Source: an uncultured Verrucomicrobiae bacterium (GTDB lineage Bacteria > Verrucomicrobiota > Verrucomicrobiia > Chthoniobacterales > JAFAMB01). Taken from it: a stretch of DNA of 64,000 nt. This document shows, piece after piece, positions 1 through 10,282 of the stretch; position 1 is the first letter of the stretch; every line of letters starts with the position of its first letter. The DNA lies in the NCBI GenBank assembly GCA_963813025.1, contig CAWEXO010000016.1, positions 32,001 through 96,000 of the forward strand, given 5' to 3'. Made by a program: the position numbers and the translations under genes. Under the pieces are notes generated by a model, which saw nothing but the letters and a program-made list of their open reading frames with translations, searched no databases and was not told the origin of the DNA.

Positions 1-277
1 GGAATTTCTGGCGAACTGGCTGTCGTCAAGTCTGCGCGACATACTACGATTTCCGCGTCAAGAGGTGGAATCGTGCCAATTGTCGCGCACGTTGCGCAAT
101 AGGGAAAAAATGATTGACTATAACAGAAGAGTCCAAGCCTCAAATGCGGTCGATGGCGCCTCCGAGTTTCGATTGAGGGGTCTATGCGACGGCCAGCCAT
201 TTTTAGGAGGGCGCTTGGCTCGTCTAAATGCACCTGGATAGATATTTCACAGCTATGTGAGCGCAGATTCCGTTTCT

Positions 278-994
278 ATGAGAACGATTGTTCAGATTTC
301 CCTTGACCTAATCACAATTCCTGAAGCTTTGGAGACGGCATCGCGTGCCGTGCGTTCCGGAGTTGATTGGCTGGAAGCTGGGACTCCGCTGATTATCGCT
401 GAGGGAATGAATGGCGTCCGGGCATTACGAGCAGAATTCCCTCAGATTCCAATTGTTGCTGACCTCAAGACAATGGACGGCGGTTGGCTAGAAGCCGAGA
501 TGATGGCCAAAGCGGGCGCCACTCACGTGGTGGTCATGGAACGGGCGCACCCGGAAACGGTCAAGATGGTGGTGCGAGCCGGCCGCGATTTTGGGCTCCA
601 GGTGATGGGCGATAATCTGGCTGCCCCCGATCCCGTAGCGGCGGTCAAACGCCTCGAAGATTTCGGCTGCGATTACATCATCCATCATATTGGTTATGAC
701 GAACGCCGCGGCATCGTCGCATCCGGCGGCAAGTGCCCGAGCCCACTGGAACGATTACGAGAAATTGTGCAGGCCGTTCGCTTACCGGTGCAAGCGGTCG
801 GCGGACTCTCGGTCGAACAAGCGATTCGAACCCCGGGATACGGGGCGCCGCTCGTCGTGCTGGGCGCGCCGCTCACCATCGACGCTGATGCATTCAAGAC
901 TGCCGGCGGCGATTTGGAAAGCAAGCTACGACTCGTTTGTGAGCACGTCCATAGCTACGCCGATATTCCGGTTGGTCCAACGGTAGCCCATTAA
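278..994 (+). CDS. 3-hexulose-6-phosphate synthase / 3-keto-L-gulonate-6-P decarboxylase family (OMPDC-like TIM barrel)
   Basis: Motifs QISLD, WLEAGTPLI and ADLKTMD (DxKxxD). ATG at 278 preferred over GTG at 257. Confidence 0.8.
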   Translation: MRTIVQISLDLITIPEALETASRAVRSGVDWLEAGTPLIIAEGMNGVRALRAEFPQIPIVADLKTMDGGWLEAEMMAKAGATHVVVMERAHPETVKMVVRAGRDFGLQVMGDNLAAPDPVAAVKRLEDFGCDYIIHHIGYDERRGIVASGGKCPSPLERLREIVQAVRLPVQAVGGLSVEQAIRTPGYGAPLVVLGAPLTIDADAFKTAGGDLESKLRLVCEHVHSYADIPVGPTVAH

Positions 995-1059
995 GTAACC
1001 AATCTGAACCAACCAATGGATTTTCTCTGCAATCTTAACTTTGGATTATTTTAGTACTC

Positions 1060-2112
1060 ATGAGTAAAACAATGCCGGCTGTTGTTAACTATGCGCCGGA
1101 ACCTAACAGCGTGGAGATCCGCGAAGTTCCGGTTCCGGAGATCGGCGATCAGGACGTGTTGTTAGCTGTTCAAGCGGTCGGCGTGTGCGGCAGCGATATT
1201 CACCAGGCCCGCGGCCAGCATAGCTGGAAAGTAAAGTATCCGGTTGTGCTCGGTCACGAGTTCGGCGGCGTCATCGCGCAAGTCGGCAAGAACGTTCGCG
1301 GTTTTAAGGAAGGCGATCGAGTTGTCAGCGAAACCGCTGCCGTTATCGATCCCAATTCGCCATTTGTTCGCCGCGGCCTGTACAACCTGGATCCCAACCG
1401 GCGCGGGTTTGGGGCCGGAGTTGACGGCGCGATGACTCGCTATGCGAAAGTGCCCGAACGCCTTCTGCACCACATTCCCGCCACGCTGCCCTTCGAAGTC
1501 GCGGCCGTGACCGAGCCCTGCTGTGTTGCTTACAACGCCACGTGCGGCAATGCTCGTATTCTCCCCGGCGATGCAGTAGCGGTCATTGGGCCAGGGCCGA
1601 TCGGTCTGCTCTGTGCCGCGATGGCGAAGCTGGCCGGCGCCGGTGAGCTAGTTGTCATCGGCACTCCCGCGGACAAGCGCCGATTGCAGGTTGCCGAGCA
1701 AATCGGCGCGTCTGCGACTCTCGGCGCGAAGGGTGAAGACATCGTCGCGTGGACCCGATCGCTGCGCGATGGGTACGGTTTTGATGTAGTGATCGATGCC
1801 GCTGGTGTTTCCGCCACGCTGAAGCTCGCGATCGATATTGTCCGGCCCGCCGGCCAGATCAGCAAAGTTGGTTGGGGACCGCAACCGTTCAATTTTTCAC
1901 TCGATCCGCTGGTTCAGAAAGCAGTGACGTTGCAGGGGAGCTTTTCCCATAACTGGCCTATCTGGGAACGGATCATCCGTTTGCTTTCCTCGGGTCAATT
2001 AGATATCGGCGCGGAGCTGAACCGGGTCTCGCCTTTGGCTGAGTGGCACGATGCGTTTGAAGCCATGCATTCCGGCGAAATCGTGAAAGCGATTTTGCTC
2101 CCAGCTCAATGA
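1060..2112 (+). CDS. Zn-dependent alcohol/sugar dehydrogenase (MDR family)
   Basis: GVCGSD, LGHE, GDRV and the GPGPIG NAD-binding motif. Confidence 0.9.
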   Translation: MSKTMPAVVNYAPEPNSVEIREVPVPEIGDQDVLLAVQAVGVCGSDIHQARGQHSWKVKYPVVLGHEFGGVIAQVGKNVRGFKEGDRVVSETAAVIDPNSPFVRRGLYNLDPNRRGFGAGVDGAMTRYAKVPERLLHHIPATLPFEVAAVTEPCCVAYNATCGNARILPGDAVAVIGPGPIGLLCAAMAKLAGAGELVVIGTPADKRRLQVAEQIGASATLGAKGEDIVAWTRSLRDGYGFDVVIDAAGVSATLKLAIDIVRPAGQISKVGWGPQPFNFSLDPLVQKAVTLQGSFSHNWPIWERIIRLLSSGQLDIGAELNRVSPLAEWHDAFEAMHSGEIVKAILLPAQ

Positions 2113-2188
2113 TTGCCGAACCGAAGTCATCGGACCTGAGGGTTCCCGCGCAAGTCATTATCGAGGCGGGTCGGGTTAGAGAATCTTT

Positions 2189-3073
2189 ATGAGACCGAAG
2201 CTGGCCGCCTTTCCCAAGTGTTTCATGGACGAACTCTGTGTCCATCACACGATGACCTTGATTGAGTGGATCGATCTGGCCGCGACACTAGGAGTAGATG
2301 GACTGGAATTCTTTTCCGGGTTTTTCGGCGACGACAAAGAGCTGCCTTTTGCGGCGAAATTACGGTTAGCCGAGCACGGGCTGGAAATGCCAATGCTTTG
2401 TTGTTCTCCTGACTTCACCCAGCCGGATTCGGTGTTGCTGCGAGCGGAGGTTGAGCGGGAGATCGCCATGATCGAACTCACCGCGTTTTTCGACGGTAAG
2501 TTCTGCCGGGTTCTCTCCGGCCAGCGCCGGCCGGGGATCATGCCGGCCGCCGGCGTCACGCAAGTCGTCCAGGTAATCAAAGAATTGTTGCCGGTCGCTG
2601 AGCAATATCGGGTGATCCTCACGATGGAGAATCACTACAAAGACAACTACTGGCAGTATCCGGAGTTTGCTCAAAAAATGAAAGTGTTTGGCCAGATTGT
2701 GGACCAGATCGATTCACCCTGGTTCGGGATAAACTACGATCCTTCGAATACGATCCTGGCAGGCGAAGATCCGTTGGAGTTACTCGAGCGCTTCAAATAT
2801 CGCGTCGTCTCGATGCACGCTAGTGATCGGTTCATTAAATACGGAACGATTGAAGATCTACGGAAGGAAGAAGATTCCACCGGGTACGCTGCCCGCTTAT
2901 CTCATGGCGTGATCGGGCAAGGGATGAACGACTATGACCGAATCTTTTCCACGCTCCGAAAAGTCGGATTTCAGTCCTGGATCTCCATTGAAGACGGGTT
3001 AAACGGAATGGACGATCTCCGGCAATCGGTGCAGTTTCTCCGTGCCAAAATCGACCAACATTTCTCGGCCTAA
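2189..3073 (+). CDS. sugar phosphate isomerase/epimerase (xylose isomerase-like TIM barrel)
   Basis: MENH, NYDPSN, MHASD and ISIED metal-binding motifs. Confidence 0.85.
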   Translation: MRPKLAAFPKCFMDELCVHHTMTLIEWIDLAATLGVDGLEFFSGFFGDDKELPFAAKLRLAEHGLEMPMLCCSPDFTQPDSVLLRAEVEREIAMIELTAFFDGKFCRVLSGQRRPGIMPAAGVTQVVQVIKELLPVAEQYRVILTMENHYKDNYWQYPEFAQKMKVFGQIVDQIDSPWFGINYDPSNTILAGEDPLELLERFKYRVVSMHASDRFIKYGTIEDLRKEEDSTGYAARLSHGVIGQGMNDYDRIFSTLRKVGFQSWISIEDGLNGMDDLRQSVQFLRAKIDQHFSA

Positions 3074-3206
3074 TGAAACTGCCCGATCTCAACCCCCGCT
3101 GGTTCACGTCCAAGCGGGTTTCCCACCAGTCCGAGGATGAGCATCATTCTTGAGGGCGGTAGCTGCGGTTTCAAAGGCCGGCTGAGTCGGTCTTGGCTTC
3201 TTATTT

Positions 3207-3764
3207 ATGAAAGTTGGTGTCTTCACTGTCATTCTGCAATCAATGCCCTTCGAGCGAGCGCTCGATTACCTTGCCGGCCTCGGCGTTCAAGCCGTTGAGA
3301 TCGGTGCCGGAGCATTCACCGGCACTGCGCACTGCGATCCGGAGACCTTACTGGCTTGCGACGACCAAGCCAAAGCATTCCTCAACGCCATCGCTTCACG
3401 CGGTCTGGAAATATCCTGTCTTTCTGTCCACGGCAACCCGCTTCACCCAAATCCGAGAATCGCGAGTCAGCATCGGGAAGCGTTCGAACGCTGCCTGCGT
3501 CTGGCCAGCCGGCTGGGTGTCGAGGTGGTAACAACCTTCAGCGGTTGTCCGGGGGGTGCGCCGGGTGATCAGCAGCCAAATTGGGTTACCTGCCCATGGC
3601 CGCCAGAATTCCTCGAGATTCTCGATTATCAATGGAACGAGGTCGTGATCCCTTACTGGCGCGAGACCACGGAATTAGCTCGGCGGAATGGTGTGACGAA
3701 AATCGCGCTATAGATGCATCCCGACTTCGTGGTCTACAATCCAGAGACACTGGAATCTCAGTGA
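3207..3764 (+). pseudogene. sugar phosphate isomerase/epimerase (IolE/XylA-like), with a premature stop and 3' truncation
   Basis: In-frame TAG at 3711-3713 replaces the Glu of the family motif KIAL-E-MHP. The frame continues MHPDFVVYNPETL, then homology ends near 3752. Confidence 0.8.
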
Positions 3765-3914
3765 ATCGCAACGAATTTCTTTTTTCAAGACCTTTTGGGG
3801 AAACAGAAGAAAAGACTAGCTTCAGAGCCTAGGCCTTTGGCAGTATGTTTCCGCCCAATGGGTGACTAAAAAACATCGTTTCGCCCGAAAGTCCGGATCT
3901 ACAGAGTCAAGCTA

Positions 3915-4340
3915 ATGGGCGTTCTCTCCAGAGTTCTTGTCGCGTCATGCCTTCTCTGGAACCTTTGTGCCTCGGCGCAACAGCCGACATTGATTCTGCC
4001 CGACCCCAAGCTCACGCCGGGCGATGTGTTCGAGGTGACGATCCAGGACATGTGTGTGCCGGGGTATTCGAGGAAGGTGCGAGCCGTGCCCAAGGCGCTT
4101 CGAAACCAGGCGTATAGGAACTACGGGATCACGTCGCCAAATCCGGGTGACTATCAGCTTGATCACCTGATCCCGCTTTCTATCGGGGGTTCAAACTCGA
4201 TTAAGAACCTGGCCCCAGAGTTATCTTACAATGCCCTGGAACGCGCAGGTCAAAGATGTGCTCGAGCGACGCCTGCATAATCTGGTCTGCAACGGGAAGG
4301 TCGACCTACAAACCGTGCAGCACGAAATCGAAGGGAGGAT
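3915..4340 (+). pseudogene. secreted HNH-endonuclease-like protein, frameshifted
   Basis: Signal peptide, LPDPKLTPGD and YQLDHLIPLSIGGSN. After a frameshift near 4209 another frame reads WPQSY..PWNAQVKDVLERRLHNLVCNGKVDL. Confidence 0.7.
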
Positions 4341-4446
4341 CGGGCGGGTGCCCCTTTTTCAGGGTGAGCAACAGCGGCGGAATTGAGCTTGAGTGTTCGC
4401 ATCTCGGCAGTTGAGTAATACTCGCGAGGAAACACTTGGATCGCCT

Positions 4447-5084
4447 ATGGCAACACCGAGTTCAACGCTCTGGGGCATCCACGCTGGCAAGACAGGCGAT
4501 GCAGACCATCTGTTTCTCACGCACAATGTGATCGCCCTCGGCTGGGTGGATGTGGGGGATCTTTCAAAACTCCCCGCCGACCGCGAAGCATTCAAGGCGC
4601 GCGTAAAGGAATGCTATCCCGACCACAAAGAGGGCTACTTCCCCGTGGCAGGTGGACAACTTTTTCGTTTCGTGCATGAAGTCAAAACCGGCGACTACGT
4701 TGTTTACCCGTCAAGCAGGATCGTAATGTCCACATCGGGGAAATAATTGGCACGTTTGTTTACGACACGACGACCGAACCCGGTTATCCGCAGCGCCGAC
4801 CGGTCAAATGGCTGAAGACGATTCCACGCACGCAGTTTTCGCAAGGCGCACTTTATGAAATTGGCTGCGCGCTCAGCTTCTTCCAAGTTCGCCAGTTCGC
4901 CGACGAATTTTTTGACGCTCTCACCGGCCAATCCGTCCCGGAGTCTCCCAAGAAGGATGAAACCGTTTCCTACGTCGCCGATGAAATCGAGCAAACAACA
5001 CGTGACTACATCCTCAAAACCCTTGCTACCGAACTGAAAGGCCACGCTCTTGCCGAGCTGGTTGCCCACCTGCTCGGCACCATG
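4447..5084 (+). pseudogene. Mrr-like restriction system protein, N-terminal part; frameshifted, catalytic domain deleted
   Basis: LWGIHAGKTGD..IALGW..GQLFRFVHE. After a frameshift near 4712 it continues FSQGALYEIG..ELKGHALAELVAHLLGTM, then switches abruptly to HsdR sequence. Confidence 0.7.
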
Positions 5085-6168
5085 GACGAGGCGCACTCCA
5101 GCCAGGGCGGAAAGACATCAGCGGCCGTGAGTGAGGCGCTCGTGGATCCACAAGATACTATCAACGACGCGCTGCACAAACATGGAAGCGCGCAAGATGC
5201 TGACCAACGCCAGTTATTTTGCTTTCACCGCGACGCCGAAGAATAAAACGCTAGAGATGTTCGGCGAGCCTTTGTCACCGGATGCGGGAGGCAAGGTGAA
5301 GCATCGCCCCTTCCACAGCTACAGCATGAAGCAGGCAATCCAGGAAGGCTTCATACTCGATGTGCTAAAGTGCTACACACCAGTGGACAGCTACTACAAG
5401 CTGGTGAAGACCGTCGAAAGCGATCCGGAGTTCGACCCCAAGAGAGCGAAGAAAAAGCTGCGCCGCTACGTTGAGAGTCACGACCACGCCATCCGATTGA
5501 AGGCAGAGATCATGGTGGATCATTTCCATGAACAGGTGATGGCCTTAAACAAGATTGGAGGCCAGGCGCGGGCGATGGTGGTATGCAGCAGCATCGAGCG
5601 GGCGATCCAGTATTTCCATGCCTTCAAGGCGTATCTTGTGGAGCGCAAAAGCTCGCATCAGGCCATCGTCGCTTATTCCGGCGAGCACGAATACGGCGGG
5701 GCTAAGGTGACCGAGTCATCCCTCAATGGATTCCCCAGCGGCGACATCGCAAAAAAAATCCAGGAGGATCCATATCGCTTCCTGATCTGCGCCGATAAGT
5801 TCCAGACCGGCTACGACGAGCCCCTGTTGCACACAATGTATGTGGACAAGCCGCTCTCCGACATCAAGGCCGTGCAGACCCTCTCTCGCCTCAACCGCGC
5901 ACGCCCGCAGAAGCACGACGTCTTTGTCCTAGATTTCATGAACAATTCGGAAACGATCTCCGAGGCGTTCGCTGACTACTATCGGACCACGATCCTTGGC
6001 GAGGAGACCGACCCGAACAAACTTCACGATCTGAAGACGGCGCTCGACGCTCACCAGGTCTATTCTCCCGAGCAGGTCGAAACCCTGGTTACCATATACC
6101 TTGACGGGGCCGGGCGGGAGAAGCTAGATGCGATTCTCGACGGTTGTGTCGCAACCTACCTCGCGCAG
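5085..6168 (+). pseudogene. hsdR: type I restriction enzyme HsdR, internal fragment
   Basis: DEAHSSQ (motif II), FAFTATP, YSMKQAIQEGFILD, DKFQTGYDEP, MYVDK and VQTLSRLNR. Both termini are missing and there is a frameshift near 5175. Confidence 0.9.
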
Positions 6169-9100
6169 CGAGGAAAGCTTGCAGTTCGTTTCGCCGAACT
6201 AGCCAGCCTCTGATATGAACCCACATCTCGAGTCGGCCTATTTCTCTCTCGGCCTTGTCGAAGGGGAGCTCTTCTTTCCAGTTGTAATACCCAGCCAGTG
6301 CCAATAACTCTTCGGGGCGATCGGGCGTCGCGTCCAACTCTATCAACTGGCGAAAATCTTTCGGCTGCGCGGTCACCCAAGCTTTGCGGTCGGACACCAA
6401 ATGCTCGTCCGCAAAGGGGTCGGGAAATTTGCTCCACCAAATGTGCTGCTCTGGAGGTACATTCTCAGCGTCGTCTAACTGTTCGTGCGCCAAGTCCTGC
6501 AATGGCTGGGAAGGATCGAGGTCGCGAGCCGAAAGCTGCCATGCTCCCTCAAATAGAGCAGGCTCATCCTCTCCCCAGTCGAGAGCGAGGCGGTAGTGGT
6601 CGGACAGATATGCCTGCAACTCGTGCAGCGCAATCCACTGATACTTCTTGCTAATTCTTTCAACGCGAAGTTCACGTTGGCCTCCTTGAAAAGGGAGGTT
6701 ACGCTCGTAGCGTTCGAATCGCTGTGGCGTCCACCCTAGCTGCTTTACACGCTGGATAATCCATCGGCGAGCGGTCATCGCAGAGAAAGCTCTATTCCCG
6801 CTGTTCTTCGGAATTTTCTGTTTAGAGAAACTGCGGAGAATTGATGGACAGCGTACTGCATAACGTATCGACCGAAGTCGCCGTAATGACCGGTACATTC
6901 TGGTTGGACCGAATAATTGATCGCGTTCCAACCTTGAGATTGCTCAAGGGGCTTCACTCTTGCCTCCGTCCAGATACGAGGAAATTTGGACTTATAGGGA
7001 GGACGGAAGGTTTGTAGAGTGACGCCTGCGGGAAGGCAGTCTCGAAGATGTGCGAGCTCGAGCACGCATTGTGCATAATCCCGGAGCAGGATATGCGCCG
7101 GCACCGCACCCTTTGAAAAGACGGTATCGTGAATGGCCGCCGCTAAATGTCTTAGTGCGCCCTTTGTTTGCTCTCGCATTGCGACTCCACATGCTATCGC
7201 GAATACTCTCTCCGTTAAATATGGATCGTTGCAGTCATGAAAATCTCGTACTAACTGCGCAGCTAGTTCGCATCGACTCTGGAGAACGCGAATTGCTGCG
7301 AGCGTGGCACGCAGTCGAAAGGCTTTGTGATTACTAGTGCAAAACCAGGCCAGAACCCGAGCCACGAGTAATGCTTGTTCGTCTGACACGAGATCCAGCG
7401 GGACGTGGAATGCCCATTGTACGACCAAGTTGGCCATCGAATCGCTACCCCAGACAGTTAGATTACTGATTTGAATGGTCCAAATCTCATCGCGAACCGC
7501 GAGCATCATTTGCTTCAGTCGACAGTGAAGGTAATTCGCATTGTAGGGGTGTCCAGGGATTGTTGAGACGCGAAGGATGGCTTGAAGAAATGTTGCAAGA
7601 CCGAGGCGCTGAGAAGACAGAAATAGCTTTTTATTGCTCCGATTGAAAGATGTGGAACTCCGCCACGGAAGCGACGCAAGGAAGTCTTCTAAAAGTTCTC
7701 GAGTTAGCTGGGGGTTTTTTACTATGTCTGCGACTTCAATACCAAAGCGTTCCGGAAGCAGGATAGCCAAGGCTCGCATTAACCCCCTGAGCTTCCAAAA
7801 CTCCGAGCTATCATTAAAACGTGCCAGCGTTCCATCTTTGGTCCAGACCGATCTAAGTTGGCTGGCAGTTACATGCGGATGGAGCATCCGGTCGGCGATT
7901 AAATATTCGGAAAACCGTTCGTATGGAAACCTGACTAGGACTGGAACTTCGGAATATGGTTCATCCTGAACGCCCCGGATCTCGACCAGCAATCCATTTG
8001 ATCTGAGATGTCGATAAAGAGACCTTGAATCACCGCCTCCCGGAAATAAGGCATCGACTTCCAAGCGAAGTGGCGACCGCGGAACTGCTCGACCCTGGTT
8101 CTTTTGAATAGCGTTCGCAATCAACATGATACTTTTCCGAGTGACCTCCTCGGGGCAGTCAATAGCAGTCACCAATTTCTCACAAATCTTAGACACGCGA
8201 CGCTTCATTACGGTGTCGAGTGTAATTGGACCCTTCGGCAGCCGAGAGTTCTCGAATGCTTCGCAAAAAGTCTTCAGGAACAAAGGTGTTTGAAACTCTT
8301 CCAGTAGCGGAGGGAAGTCATTGGCTTGAACCCCGTAGCCGCTGAAATACGTCGCGACGGCCTCGAATAGCTGGTCCCCGAAACCCATGTGCTCAACAAC
8401 GGCCCACGATTTGTCGGTTGGCTTGGCGAGGGCTTCTGGCAGGGTCAGCCGAACAAAGTCGCTCCGGCAGCTAATGAGCAAACGGATATTAGCGAATGAC
8501 TTTAAGCGACTTGCGAAGCTGTTTAAGTAGCTGCGCCATAGGGAACGTTCCCCGCGAGGAAGTGTTCGCCTAAAAGGATTAGCGCAGGCTGCCCCCGCTT
8601 TCGCGCCTCCAGCACGGCAGTTGCAAGGAGATGGCTCTTACCGGAACCAGCAGGTCCGACGACGAGCAGCCTACTGAAATCAGCGCACCTATGTCGTATG
8701 AAGAATTCCTCGAAAGACTGTAACTTCCTCAAAAAACTTCGCGCGAGTGTTTCTACGTAATCAAAAGGTCGCTCACGCCATGTTACCTCTTCAGAGTCTC
8801 TGACCGGCTTCTCAGGCCGGTTTAGCTCCGTCAGCTTACGCAAAAGCTGCTCGCCTGTCGTAAGCAACTTACGACAGGAACTAGCAAGCATCTTAAATGG
8901 TGGGATTTTTCTGCCGTCTCCAAAGCCCCCCATTTCCTTGCTCAGCGTTGCATGAAATGTCTCATATTCCAGGCGGGCTTTCTTAGGAAGTCGTTCAATT
9001 TTTGGCGAGTCGCTCAGCTTTCGAGCGGCATCAAAGACGGTCTTTACCCGCCTGTAGAAGTTATCCACAAATCGGTTGGTCAAAGCGAAGGCGTCCAGCA

Positions 9101-9699
9101 ACTCTTCCGACTCTGTTCGAATATGATGTTTTGGGGTGTAGCGGCAATCCAAGTTAGCGATCGTTGACTCATTTTTCTGATCAATCCATTCATCCGAAAA
9201 CTGCAACCATCCGAACCAGTAGAGCAGTTTGTCTCGGGCGGCCGGTGTCGTAAGTAAGGCTTCCAATTCGGACTCACCCCACCAGGCAAACCGAATTCTG
9301 TGGCGAATTCGCTTTTGTTTCGCCGACGCCTGCCATCGCTCTATGACGGCGTCCCACTTTTGTATTTGCCGGTGTGCGATTTAGCGGAACCGCGACACGA
9401 AATTCCACGAGTGCCGGGTGGTGTTCAAGAGCCGCCTCCACCGACTTGTTGATCTGCCGCCATTGGGTCGCTCCGAGCTTGTCAAAGTATTTCGCCTGAA
9501 GGCCAATTTCCTCGCCGTCCTCGAGCACCGCGAAGGCCTCGACGCCTTCGTCGCCACCGGCCCCTTCAACGCGTGTGAACTCAACGAAGTCGTCAAGGCT
9601 CGAACGGAATAGTTGAACTGACAGTTCTTCGAATCCCCCGTGCTGAGTCTTGTGGTGCGGTCGAATCTTGGAAAAGTCGATGTCGGGTAAAGGTTTCAC
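6168..9699 (-). pseudogene. nuclease-STAND NTPase anti-phage protein (AVAST/Avs-like), in four fragments
   Basis: N-terminal PD-(D/E)xK-like GFEEL..GGDEGVE..GLQAKYF, Walker A GPAGSGKS, then PLFLKTFCE, RFPYERFSE, DPYLTER, YGDFGRY and ERISKKYQWIA. ORF pieces: 9274-9699, 8523-9266, 6775-8481, 6089-6931. Confidence 0.75.
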
Positions 9700-9838
9700 T
9701 TTCGCTGGCCGCCGCCTTTTCTCTCATCGACTCGTCTCGACCCGACGGCTTCTGCTTCGAAATTCGTTCTCACTCGGTCAAAAATTTGAAATGACCTATA
9801 AGCGTAAGTAATTGTCCGTTATCTGATGTTACAGTGAT

Positions 9839-9883
9839 TGGCCGACCCCGACAGGACTCGAACCTGTGGACCCTTTGGTTCGG
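9839..9883 (-). other. 3' half of a tRNA (Arg-like), possible att remnant
   Basis: Minus strand reads CCGAACCAAAGGGTCC-ACAGG-TTCGAGT-CCTGT-CGGGGTCGG-CCA: perfect T-arm and a CCA end, but no D-arm or 5' acceptor strand. Confidence 0.65.
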
Positions 9884-10042
9884 CCGGTCTCTCTGGGAAC
9901 ACCAGAGAAGGATTTCCAGAGACTGCGACCCCTGTTGGAATCCGATGGGAGGCAAAGTCTAGGCAAAGTTGCCGAGGGTCTAAGCGTTATCCTGTTCATC
10001 GCCATTCGGGTAAGTGCTTGACAGCTAGGTAGCTAATTGCTG

Positions 10043-10115
10043 AGCCGGCAGTCGGATTCGAACCGACGACCTGCTGATTACAAATCAGCTGCTCTACCAG
10101 CTGAGCTATACCGGC
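10043..10115 (-). tRNA. tRNA-Thr (TGT)
   Basis: GCCGGTATAGCTCAGCTGGTAGAGCA-GCTGA-TTTGTAA-TCAGC-AGGTCGTCGGTTCGAATCCGACTGCCGGCT; full cloverleaf, CCA not encoded. Confidence 0.95.
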
Positions 10116-10282
10116 TTTGAAACGCCTAGATTAAAGCGTAAACCGTGAGACTGCAACGACTGCACGGTTGGAAGAAACCTTAAACGCGAAGGAAGACGGA
10201 AGGACGTCAGGTCTAAACCTTCGATTGCGGTGAAGAAGCCGGTTTTTCAGAGCTGAGGCATGTCCCGATAAACGGTCTTGCC

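Noticed and set aside
66..100. LacI-type operator or sigma54 promoter (TGGAATCGTGCCAA)
   Set aside because: The palindrome is imperfect, the -12 TTGC is missing, and no regulator is in view.
3207..9699. Sequencing error as the sole cause of fragmentation
   Set aside because: The breaks include domain-scale deletions and fusions, while long housekeeping genes in the window are intact. Individual indels could still be errors.
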